A DNA stretch of 64,000 nucleotides from NCBI GenBank assembly GCA_018304425.1, contig JAGVWE010000002.1, positions 384,001 to 448,000 on the forward strand, given 5' to 3'. This stretch comes from Candidatus Iainarchaeum sp. (GTDB taxonomy: Archaea; Iainarchaeota; Iainarchaeia; Iainarchaeales; UBA10219). Under the pieces are notes generated by a model, which did not search any database, was not told the DNA's origin, and saw nothing but the letters and a program-made list of their open reading frames with translations. A program made the translations under genes and the position numbers. Shown piece after piece: positions 55,729-64,000 of this stretch; position 1 is the first letter of the stretch, and the number at the start of each line of letters is the position of its first letter.

Positions 55729-56790
55729 ATGGCAAGCCGCTTCCTTATCCTGGGTGGGAGCACGGCCGGCATCGTGGAATTGAAAAAGGTTCTCAGGCGA
55801 ACCCTTAAAGAGGTATGGCTCAACGTCCAATCCGGGGAGCCTGGCAAGGCCGTTCACGCGCTCAAAACCTTGTTTGGCAACCTCTTCTTTGATTACCCCT
55901 GGAGCGTGCAACTCGAGCCCTGCAACCTGTGCAACCTTCACTGCGATTTTTGTTCCGCACCGCCCTGGGAACTCGAGCGGCAGAAGCGCATGCTTTCCCT
56001 CGAGAATGCCCAAAAAATCGTTGACGACGTGAGCCGGTACACGCATTACCTGTGGTTCTGGCTGGCGGGGGAGCCCTTCCTCAACCCCCAGGCGGGAAAA
56101 ATCATCCGGCACGCAACAAGCAGGGGCATGCACGTCATTGTCAGCTCCAACTGCATGCTCTTGACTGAGAAGGTTGCAGAGGAAGTCGTTGACGCAAGGC
56201 TGGATGAACTCATCGTTTCCGCGGACGGGGCATCCAAGCAGTCCTCGGAAGCCATGCGCAAGGGCTCCACCTTCGAAACCGTCGTAAAGAACATCAAGTT
56301 CCTGTCCGACCTGAAGCGGCGGAAAGGCGTTTCCAAGCCGCAGATAATCATGCAGTTGATCGTCTCCAAGAAAAACGAACACGAAATCGAGGCATTCAAG
56401 CAACTGGCCCGGGAAGTGGGAGCCGACCGCTGCGAGTTCAAGTCCTTGGGCCTGCCGACCTGGATTTATGACGAGGGCGTCATCGAGAAACTCAAGCAGG
56501 AATATTTTCCCGTGCAGGGTGGCGTGCGTTATACGCCGGACTTCGAAATCATCCAGCGGAGCTGCGGCTGGGACAAGAAGGCCATTATCATGGTGGATGG
56601 CACGGTTTGCCTGTGCTGTTATGACATCAACGGAAAGTACAACTTTGGCAACGTCTTGGAAACCCCCTTCCTTGACATCTGGCGGTCGGCCCAGCGGCTC
56701 TCCGCCCGCAACCTGATAGGGGAGATGCCCTTGTGCCAGGTGTGCGGGGCCAGCGTGAAAACCTATTTGGGAAAGGCCCAAATCAAATGA
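55729..56790 (+). CDS. Radical SAM protein with a SPASM/twitch domain
   Basis: CNLHCDFC, GEP, DGTVCLCCYD..CQVC. Confidence 0.88.
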   Translation: MASRFLILGGSTAGIVELKKVLRRTLKEVWLNVQSGEPGKAVHALKTLFGNLFFDYPWSVQLEPCNLCNLHCDFCSAPPWELERQKRMLSLENAQKIVDDVSRYTHYLWFWLAGEPFLNPQAGKIIRHATSRGMHVIVSSNCMLLTEKVAEEVVDARLDELIVSADGASKQSSEAMRKGSTFETVVKNIKFLSDLKRRKGVSKPQIIMQLIVSKKNEHEIEAFKQLAREVGADRCEFKSLGLPTWIYDEGVIEKLKQEYFPVQGGVRYTPDFEIIQRSCGWDKKAIIMVDGTVCLCCYDINGKYNFGNVLETPFLDIWRSAQRLSARNLIGEMPLCQVCGASVKTYLGKAQIK

Positions 56791-56799
56791 GCCGAGCCG

Positions 56800-57942
56800 T
56801 CAAACGAGTTCCAGGCAGGCTTTCTCCAGTTCCACTGCCAACCGGTCAAACGTGTACCTGGCCGCAATGGCTTTGTTTCGCGTGCCAGCCTGTTCCCTTT
56901 GTTTGGAGTTTGTGAGTAACTCAGTCAATACCGTGGCCAGCCCCTTGACGTCACCGAATGCCACGACCGCGCTGCTTTCCTTGCTCACAAGGCCGTCCAG
57001 CGTGGGAATCCATGCCACGACCACCGGTTTGCCCCGCGCCATGGCCTGCAGCATGGCCTGGCTGGGCCCCTCCCAGGCGGAGGGCAGGCAGAACACGTCA
57101 AAGGAGTCAATCCATTGAATGAGTTCTTTTTTCCCGGCTGCCGTTGAAGTGTCCACGTTTCCGGTGAAAAGGACCCTGGTTCGGATGCCGTGTCGTCGTG
57201 CCATGGTTTCCAGGGTTTCCTTGAACCCCTTTTCTCCTTCGCCGCCAACGAACACCAGCAAGGCAGTGGGCTGGGTTTTCAGCACGCGCGCGAATGCTTC
57301 CAGCAAATGCCTCGCACCCTTGCGCTGGCTCAAGGCGCCGACGAAGCCAATCACCTTCCGGTCTAGGCACTCCGGTCTTCGCTCCTGTGCCGGCATTGCA
57401 AGGAAGGCCTCGTCAATCCCGGTGGAGGCATGCACCAGTTTTCTGGCACCCTGGCTCCTGCACCAGGTTTCCACATTAGCAGCCCGGTAAAGAACGGCTT
57501 CCGCCCGGCAGAAGAGCCTGGGAACGGTCAAGGCGTCCAGAGCTTGCGCGAACCCGTTTCGCAGGAATCCACCCGGGTTGTGTTCCACGGTAGGTCCATA
57601 GGTCAGCACCACGAACTTTTTTCCAAGCCGCTGGCAGGCATCCGCCGCCTGCAGCGAGTAGAGGCTTGCATGCGATTGCACGTGCACCAGGCTTGGATTG
57701 ATTTCCCGGATTTTTTCTTCGAGGCCGGCCAGCCAGGCCAACCGCTTCGACCCAAACCAAGTCGCTTGAAGCCGGTGCACGTGCACCCCATTCAGGGTTT
57801 CCTCCCCTGGTTTTTGCTGGGCGAAGACAAGGGCATGCACTTCATGGCCTTTTTTGGCCAGGCGTTCGGCCATGGCCTTCAAGTATTCTTCGGCCCCGCC
57901 TGCATCTGGGGGATAGCCGGGGCCCACCAGGCACCACTTCAT
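56800..57942 (-). CDS. GT4 glycosyltransferase
   Basis: YPPDAGG, RKG, PSAWEGPSQAMLQAMARGKP. Confidence 0.88.
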   Translation of the reverse strand: MKWCLVGPGYPPDAGGAEEYLKAMAERLAKKGHEVHALVFAQQKPGEETLNGVHVHRLQATWFGSKRLAWLAGLEEKIREINPSLVHVQSHASLYSLQAADACQRLGKKFVVLTYGPTVEHNPGGFLRNGFAQALDALTVPRLFCRAEAVLYRAANVETWCRSQGARKLVHASTGIDEAFLAMPAQERRPECLDRKVIGFVGALSQRKGARHLLEAFARVLKTQPTALLVFVGGEGEKGFKETLETMARRHGIRTRVLFTGNVDTSTAAGKKELIQWIDSFDVFCLPSAWEGPSQAMLQAMARGKPVVVAWIPTLDGLVSKESSAVVAFGDVKGLATVLTELLTNSKQREQAGTRNKAIAARYTFDRLAVELEKACLELV

Positions 57943-59036
57943 TTCGTTTCCCCCGCCAGTTCCCGCAACACCCGTTCATAGCCGGTTACATTGTTTTCCA
58001 CTTGGTAATTCAAGGCGATTTCCCTCATTTGCTTTCCCCTGGCTTCCAAATCGCTTCGCTGCACCACTTCCACCATTCTTTCCGCCAACTTTTCTGGATT
58101 AGCGGGCGGCACAAAGAAGGCCTTGCCCTGGGTTATCTCCCGGAATATCGGGAGGTCCGAGCAAAGGACCGGGAGCTCGCAGCCCATGGCTTCCACGAGG
58201 CTCAGGCAAAAACTCTCCCCCACGGAAGGAATTAGGTATAGGCTTGCCTGACTGTATTGTTCCCTGGTTTGCTCTCTTGACAGGCTTCCCAGGAACCTTG
58301 CCTCTGGATAGGTCCGTTGCAGGTATTCAAGGTAGGCCGCACTGCAGCCCCCCGCTATTACCAGTTCAAGGCCGTTTGCAAGCCCACGGGCTTCCAGCAA
58401 CCGGAATGCCTTGATAACCGCTTCCACCCCCTTCTCAGGCCGCAGCCGGGCCAGGTACAACAGCCGCTTCTTTCCCGGATCCTTCCTCACCGGCACCGGC
58501 TTGAAAAAATCCGTGTCCACTCCATAGTAGACCCGTTGCACCTTGCCCTGCGTGAACGGAAAATTGGTTTCAAGGTCTTGTTTCATGAAATCGCTGATGG
58601 CGATTATCCGATCCGCTTTCCGGTAGGCGGCCCTGGTTATCCAGTAATTGAGTTTGTGGGCAAAGCTTTCCAGCCAGCCCTGGTATACCATCGTTGCCAC
58701 GTGCGGAGCCACTACCCACTTGCCGTTTCCCAGCAGGCACGCCAGGAAACCCCACACCATGTGCCCGCAATGCACATCAAATTTGCCGCGGTTTTTCCAA
58801 AAATAATGCAGCACCTTCAAGCACCACAAACCGTAATGGATGTTTTCATGCAGGTGGGGTAGCGGCAACTCGAACTGCACCAAACCGTTTTCCCGGATTC
58901 TCCGTTCAAATCGCGGCGTAATCACGGTTACCTCGTGGCCCTTGGCCCGGAGGCCTTCCACTAGTTGCTTCATGATGCTTGGCACGCCGCCCGTTCTATC
59001 CGGGGGATAGCCGCCGCAAAACCATGCAACCCTCAT
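57939..59036 (-). CDS. GT4 glycosyltransferase
   Basis: RLRPEKG, ESFCLSLVEAM. Confidence 0.9.
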   Translation of the reverse strand: MRVAWFCGGYPPDRTGGVPSIMKQLVEGLRAKGHEVTVITPRFERRIRENGLVQFELPLPHLHENIHYGLWCLKVLHYFWKNRGKFDVHCGHMVWGFLACLLGNGKWVVAPHVATMVYQGWLESFAHKLNYWITRAAYRKADRIIAISDFMKQDLETNFPFTQGKVQRVYYGVDTDFFKPVPVRKDPGKKRLLYLARLRPEKGVEAVIKAFRLLEARGLANGLELVIAGGCSAAYLEYLQRTYPEARFLGSLSREQTREQYSQASLYLIPSVGESFCLSLVEAMGCELPVLCSDLPIFREITQGKAFFVPPANPEKLAERMVEVVQRSDLEARGKQMREIALNYQVENNVTGYERVLRELAGETK

Positions 59037-60163
59037 CCAAGCACCTCGCCATACACCTGCATCACTTTTTTTGCCACCAAATCCCAGGTATAGTCCTTTG
59101 CCTTTTCCCTGCCGTGGTTGCCGGTCTTCCGTGCCAGGCCCGCGTCCCCCAGGAACGCATCCAGCTTTCGTGCCAGTGTCTGGTGATCACCTGGCTCAAA
59201 GAAGGTGCCACAGCCGCCTGCCAGGAGGTGCATAGGCCCATCATAGGGCGTGGAGACCACGGGCTTTCCCTGGGCCATGGCCTCCAATAAAACGATTCCA
59301 AAGGGCTCGTACACGCTCGGCAACACGAAAGCGTTGCAGGCGGCATAGGCATTTCGGAGTAGTTCCTTGTCGTGCGTGCCGGGCAAGAACCGTACCTGTT
59401 CCTGCACGCCCAACCTTTTCGCCAGTTTCCGGAGGCCCTGCACGTAATTGGTTTCGCCGCCTCCGATGAATACCACGCTGGTTTCCCGGTCCTTCAATTC
59501 GGCCGCCGCCCGGATCAGGGTCTCCGGTTGCTTGTAATAATGCAGCCGGCCCACATTCAACACGATTTTCTCTCGCAAACCGTTTTCGTCCCTGAATTTT
59601 TCCCCATCTCCCTTTCCAAGGAACCAGGCATCCACCCCAAAAGGCACGACCCTTATTTTCTCCTCTGGGCAGCCGAGGGCCACGAACCGCTTCTTCTCCG
59701 TCTCATGGTAGGCCAGCAGGGCATCCACCTGGGCAAACACCCGTTTTGCGAGGAGCACATCGTATGCCTGCCTCGCCAGCCCCAGCCCAAGGCTTTTGGG
59801 GTGGAAGGGGGAACCCGCCCGCAGCACGGTCTTCTGCTTTCGCTTCCTGGCCAGTGCGGCATCCACATGGAAATGGCGGAAGTTGTGCAGGTGCAGGACT
59901 TCAAAGCCTTCCAGGTGTTTCAGGAAACCAGGCCACACCCGGTAAAAGTTGCTCACATGAAACCACACCGGGAACCGTTTCACGCGGATGCCTTCCACGC
60001 TTTCCTCGCTTTTTTCGATGCGGCGTCGGTCATGTCCCTCATTGCAGGTTAGCACGGACACTTCATGCCCCTGCCGGATGCATTCAACGGATTTGTTTCG
60101 GATGGCTTCCTCCCATCCCCCTATCACCGGGTAAAAGAAAGGGCTTACGTGGCCTATTTTCAT
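59033..60163 (-). CDS. GT4 glycosyltransferase
   Basis: FYPVIGG, EPFGIVLLEAMAQGKP. Confidence 0.9.
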   Translation of the reverse strand: MKIGHVSPFFYPVIGGWEEAIRNKSVECIRQGHEVSVLTCNEGHDRRRIEKSEESVEGIRVKRFPVWFHVSNFYRVWPGFLKHLEGFEVLHLHNFRHFHVDAALARKRKQKTVLRAGSPFHPKSLGLGLARQAYDVLLAKRVFAQVDALLAYHETEKKRFVALGCPEEKIRVVPFGVDAWFLGKGDGEKFRDENGLREKIVLNVGRLHYYKQPETLIRAAAELKDRETSVVFIGGGETNYVQGLRKLAKRLGVQEQVRFLPGTHDKELLRNAYAACNAFVLPSVYEPFGIVLLEAMAQGKPVVSTPYDGPMHLLAGGCGTFFEPGDHQTLARKLDAFLGDAGLARKTGNHGREKAKDYTWDLVAKKVMQVYGEVLG

Positions 60164-61287
60164 TCCCTTGCCGCCTCCAAGGCGTCGTTTATTTTTTCGG
60201 CCAGGCGCTTCCAGGAAAACCTTCGCACCGCCAGCAGGTTCCGTTGTTCCACGGCATAGCGGTCATCACTGGCCAGCAACCCCAGCAGGCCCTCCGCCAG
60301 CGCCGCGGCATCCCCTTCCCCGGCCAACGCGTTTCCTTTTGGCAGCAGCCCAGCAACCAGCGCATAATCCGTTGCCACCACGGCCTTCCCACACGCCATG
60401 TACTCAAGCACCTTCAATGGCGAAAAATAGTAACCGTGTTTCTTGAACTCGCCCTTGCGGCTCCTGGAGACATTGTAGGGCGCCAAGCCCAGGCAAGAGG
60501 CGCTGATGGTTTCAGCCGTTTCCTCCAAGCCTTTCCTTCCAAGCCAGGCCACGTTTTTTTCCAGCCCCTTTTCCTTGATCAGCGCCTGGATAGCTTCGCG
60601 CCTAGGTCCATCCCCTACCAGGGCCACCACCAAGGAGGGCTTTTGCTTCCGGGCGAGGTCAATGGCTTCCATCAAGTCCTCCAAGCCATCCCATTCCTTG
60701 AACGAGCCCACATAGCAGGCATCATAGCAGATTCTGGTTTTGCGCGGCCTGAACACGGCAAGGTCAACGCCCGCGCTCACCAGCTCCACTTTTTTCCGGG
60801 TGTCCTCGTCAAAGAACCGGTCCGTGTAAGCGAACACTCGCTTGGCGCGGGCAAGCGAAGCCCGGGAAAAAAGATTGTCAATTACTTCCATGACCAGCGG
60901 CTTTCCCGTTGACCAGGATACCAGGCCGCCGATGCCGGACTGCGCGCGCTCGAGCAAGACGTCGCAACCCTCTTTTTCTGCGATCCGTGAAACCCTCCAG
61001 GCAAGCCAGAGGTTGCTCAAGGGCTTCAACACGAGCCCAAGCCAGGCAACGGGGCTTTGCTTGATTTTTTTCGCGGATACCACGCCGCCCCGAAACAACC
61101 GGTAAACCCGCAGCCCGTTGAGTTCCTCCACGCCTTTATCTGAGTCCCATCGCTCGCTCACCACCACCAAGTCGTTGCCCTGTTCCCTCAGTTCCCGGGC
61201 CAGATGATAGGTGTGGGTGGTGGAGCCAATGCCTTCAGAGAGCGCACTGCTTAGATGCGTGGTGGTGGCAATGTAGCAGACTTTCAT
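60160..61287 (-). CDS. GT4 glycosyltransferase
   Basis: SPLKVLEYMACGKAVV. Confidence 0.88.
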   Translation of the reverse strand: MKVCYIATTTHLSSALSEGIGSTTHTYHLARELREQGNDLVVVSERWDSDKGVEELNGLRVYRLFRGGVVSAKKIKQSPVAWLGLVLKPLSNLWLAWRVSRIAEKEGCDVLLERAQSGIGGLVSWSTGKPLVMEVIDNLFSRASLARAKRVFAYTDRFFDEDTRKKVELVSAGVDLAVFRPRKTRICYDACYVGSFKEWDGLEDLMEAIDLARKQKPSLVVALVGDGPRREAIQALIKEKGLEKNVAWLGRKGLEETAETISASCLGLAPYNVSRSRKGEFKKHGYYFSPLKVLEYMACGKAVVATDYALVAGLLPKGNALAGEGDAAALAEGLLGLLASDDRYAVEQRNLLAVRRFSWKRLAEKINDALEAARE

Positions 61288-61299
61288 CGTGTTTCCCGC

Positions 61300-61911
61300 C
61301 TACACCTTCCTGGCCACATAGCACTGGTTGTAACCCCCGTACTTCAGCGGCCACGGCAGCACACACTGTACTTCTATCCGGGCAAACGGAATCCGGAAAA
61401 TAACGGTTTCCATTCGTTCAACCACGAACCCCGATTTTTCAAACAGGTTCTTGAACGAGATGGGGCAAAGGAACATGGTGTGGGTCTCCTCGCCTAACGT
61501 TCCCCTCCCGCTTGAAATAGTTCGCAGCACGCGGATGACATCATAGGGGTTCGGCGAACTCAGGAACACCTTCCCACCTTTCTTCAGGACGCGATGCACC
61601 TCATCAATGGTGTGCTTGGGTTCCCAGGTGTGCTCAATCATCTCAAACAAGCAGACGGCGTCAAACGACCCATCCTTGAACGGCATTTTCAACGCATTCG
61701 CCCGCACGGTGTTGCCCAGCCGCATTTCCGGGTTAAAAACCCGTTCACTGAGGTCCAGGCCGACAACCAGGGAACCCGGGTTCCTTGCCACCAACTGCTT
61801 GTGGAGGTATTCCCCGCCCGTGGTGTTCTTGGCGAACCCGATGTCCAGGATTTTCGTCCCGCGTGCGTGCCTAAGCGCCCACTCGAACCGGGCGTTTATT
61901 TTGTCCGTCAA
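61300..61911 (-). CDS. Class I SAM-dependent methyltransferase
   Basis: ILDIG, EMIEH, RVLKKGG, SSPN. Confidence 0.85.
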   Translation of the reverse strand: MTDKINARFEWALRHARGTKILDIGFAKNTTGGEYLHKQLVARNPGSLVVGLDLSERVFNPEMRLGNTVRANALKMPFKDGSFDAVCLFEMIEHTWEPKHTIDEVHRVLKKGGKVFLSSPNPYDVIRVLRTISSGRGTLGEETHTMFLCPISFKNLFEKSGFVVERMETVIFRIPFARIEVQCVLPWPLKYGGYNQCYVARKV

Positions 61912-63035
61912 AGCAACCCCTTTTCCTTTAACTGTGTCAAAAAACGTTCCCCCAGTTTTTTTACGGTGTAGTTTTCTTTAAATAGGGCGAGGGCGTTTTG
62001 GCCGAGTTCCCGCCTCAATCCCGGTTTTTCCTTCAATTCCAGCACGGCCCTGGCAAGGGCGGCGGCATCGGCTTTCCCGACCAGCCAGGCCTGTTTTCCG
62101 TGGGTAACCCCAATGAACCGCGTGCCCGTGCTTTCCGCCGTTATCAGGGGCTTGCCAAAGGCCAGCGCTTCCCACACCTTGCCCGGCACATTGCTTTCCG
62201 TGCGAAGGCCGGTGCCAAATATCCCCAGCAGGACATCCGCGTCGTTGGCCGAGAAGTCAAGGTATTCCGGGATGTTTTGCCCGCCCAGGAATTCCACGTT
62301 TTCCAGGCCCAGGCGCCGGCTTTTTTCCTGCATTTCCTGGCTTTGCTGGCCAAAGCCCAGCAGCTTGAATTGCACGTCCTTTGCACCCTGGTCTTGCAGG
62401 ATTTTTGCGGCGTCCACGATGTATTCCACGCCCTGGTGGGGGATGAAAGAACCAACATAGCCGACAATGAATCCCTTGAACTTCTTCGGCCTGGGCTTCG
62501 GCTTTTCCCGTAAATAGCCTTGCGGCACCACTAGGAACTTGGCCCGGTCAGCGCCCGCCGTTTTCTCGAATAAATCGATGTGCATGGGGCTGTGCACGAC
62601 GATGGCGTCGGCCAGCCGGCAGGGCACCCAGTCATAGAGCCGGATTATTTTTTCCTTGAGCGAGCCCCTTCGCGCCAGCTTCCGGTCTTCCACCATCGTG
62701 ACATACTGGGGGTCCATGGGATTGTACACCAATGGTTTTCCCTTCAGCCAGCAAACCAGTTTTGCCAGTGGCACGTCATAGAAGCAGGGGAAGTTCACCA
62801 TCGCGAAGTCGAATTCCTGGAAAAGGTTTTTTGCCAGCAAGCGCAGGCCCCGCCAAAACGATTCCAGGAAAATAAAGGGGAAATGCTTGTACGCTGAATA
62901 CGTGAACCTGCTTTTCTCGATGCAGCCGTTGACGACTTCCACGTCATTGGATGTCAGGTAATGCCAGTAATGCGTGCACCCGATCACGGTTCCATTCGGG
63001 TTTCCATCCCAGCCTCCGATGAACAGCGCCTTCAA
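61908..63035 (-). CDS. GT4-like glycosyltransferase
   Basis: YVGSFIPHQG, VPGKVWEALAFGKP. Confidence 0.88.
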   Translation of the reverse strand: MKALFIGGWDGNPNGTVIGCTHYWHYLTSNDVEVVNGCIEKSRFTYSAYKHFPFIFLESFWRGLRLLAKNLFQEFDFAMVNFPCFYDVPLAKLVCWLKGKPLVYNPMDPQYVTMVEDRKLARRGSLKEKIIRLYDWVPCRLADAIVVHSPMHIDLFEKTAGADRAKFLVVPQGYLREKPKPRPKKFKGFIVGYVGSFIPHQGVEYIVDAAKILQDQGAKDVQFKLLGFGQQSQEMQEKSRRLGLENVEFLGGQNIPEYLDFSANDADVLLGIFGTGLRTESNVPGKVWEALAFGKPLITAESTGTRFIGVTHGKQAWLVGKADAAALARAVLELKEKPGLRRELGQNALALFKENYTVKKLGERFLTQLKEKGLL

Positions 63036-64000
63036 AGAAGCCCCCCAAACGCCTTGGAATAGTTCTTGGCAATGGTTTCCCAGTCAAAGGCTTTCGCCGC
63101 CTTGACTCCGTTGGCGGCCAGCCGCCTTGCCAGGCCAGGGTCATCATGGATTTGCAGGATGGCTTCCGCTAACTCTTCCGGGTTCCTGGGCTCAACCAGT
63201 AACCCGGTTTGGTTGTTCGTGATTATTTCCCTGGTTCCCCCCTGTCGGGTGGCAATCACGGGGATACCTGCCGCCATGGCCTCCAGGCAGACCTTCCCCG
63301 TTGGCTCCAGGATGGAGGGCAGCACGAAGGCGTCCGCGTCCGCGTATATTTCGGGCAACATGGCATACGGCACTTCGCTGACCAACTCGATGCGGTAACT
63401 CGCGCCGCTCCGGTCAATTTCCCGGATGAGGGGCACAAAGTCATCGTCGGTTTTCATGCAGCCAACCAGGCGCAACCGAAGGTCCTTGTCCTTGAGGAGG
63501 GCCATGGCCCGCACCAAATACGTCAACCCCTTTTTTTGGGCCGCCCGCCCGACATAGAGGAGCACGAAATTCTTGCGGCCCTGTTTTTCCCTTGCCGGTT
63601 GCCTGCCTTCATTGAACCGCTTGAAGTCAACGCCTGTGCGCACCACTTGCACCCGGTCCGCGCTCACGCCGCCAGCTCTGACTTCTTCCACAATAAAGTC
63701 CGCAATCGGCAGCACCAAATCCACTTGCCTGGCCAGGAACCGCGCCAACACCCCATATTCCCAGGCGTTCAACCACGCCTTCCAGCCCCGCAAGAATCCG
63801 TGTCGGCCTTCGTTCAGGGAAGTGTGCAGGGACAGCACGTACTTTGCGTTCACCTTCTGTCTTGCGAGCGGGAACAACCATCCGAAGGGAACCAGTTGCA
63901 GGCCGTGCACGACCTCGGGCTTGAACCCGGATTCCTTTACCGCTTGCAGCAAGGCCATTCCCCCAAAGAGCCGGAACAACGGTGGTTTCCCCACATAATG
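63032..64000 (-). CDS. GT4 glycosyltransferase (5' end off the window)
   Basis: VGRAAQKKG, EPTGKVCLEAMAAGIP. Confidence 0.88.
   Translation of the reverse strand, partial: HYVGKPPLFRLFGGMALLQAVKESGFKPEVVHGLQLVPFGWLFPLARQKVNAKYVLSLHTSLNEGRHGFLRGWKAWLNAWEYGVLARFLARQVDLVLPIADFIVEEVRAGGVSADRVQVVRTGVDFKRFNEGRQPAREKQGRKNFVLLYVGRAAQKKGLTYLVRAMALLKDKDLRLRLVGCMKTDDDFVPLIREIDRSGASYRIELVSEVPYAMLPEIYADADAFVLPSILEPTGKVCLEAMAAGIPVIATRQGGTREIITNNQTGLLVEPRNPEELAEAILQIHDDPGLARRLAANGVKAAKAFDWETIAKNYSKAFGGLL

Overview
Archaeal chromosome segment, most likely from a DPANN lineage (Iainarchaeota/Diapherotrites-like; this is an inference). Archaeal markers are a short TIM, Trm56, TFE, an A1-U72 initiator tRNA, XerA, the thiolase/DUF35/HMG-CoA synthase trio and BRE/TATA promoters. 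Several bacterial-type genes sit alongside them: a full-length RelA-like RSH, class II LysRS, class II HMG-CoA reductase, a classical mvk-mvaD-pmk-fni block, a long ThiE, MgtC and a monotopic phosphoglycosyl transferase. The window holds four tRNAs, NAD and thiamine genes, ppdK, a complete mevalonate operon with two inserted HAD phosphatases, and two glycosylation clusters with radical SAM enzymes. The most notable items are (1) a hydrolase-dead long RSH next to a degenerate KaiC-like protein, (2) two regions (11.1-14.5 kb and 25.9-27.9 kb) sharing non-coding motifs: a TTATGTAG-N7-CTACATAA palindrome and ORB-like AGTGGAA..GGGG elements, plus a dif-like site and iteron-like repeats, (3) an Arg-rich tandem paralog pair divergent from a DEDDy exonuclease, (4) microproteins missed by the ORF track, including MCGSCGC..., and (5) a NAD kinase-wHTH fusion. 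All calls come from reading motifs by eye; no database searches were run.
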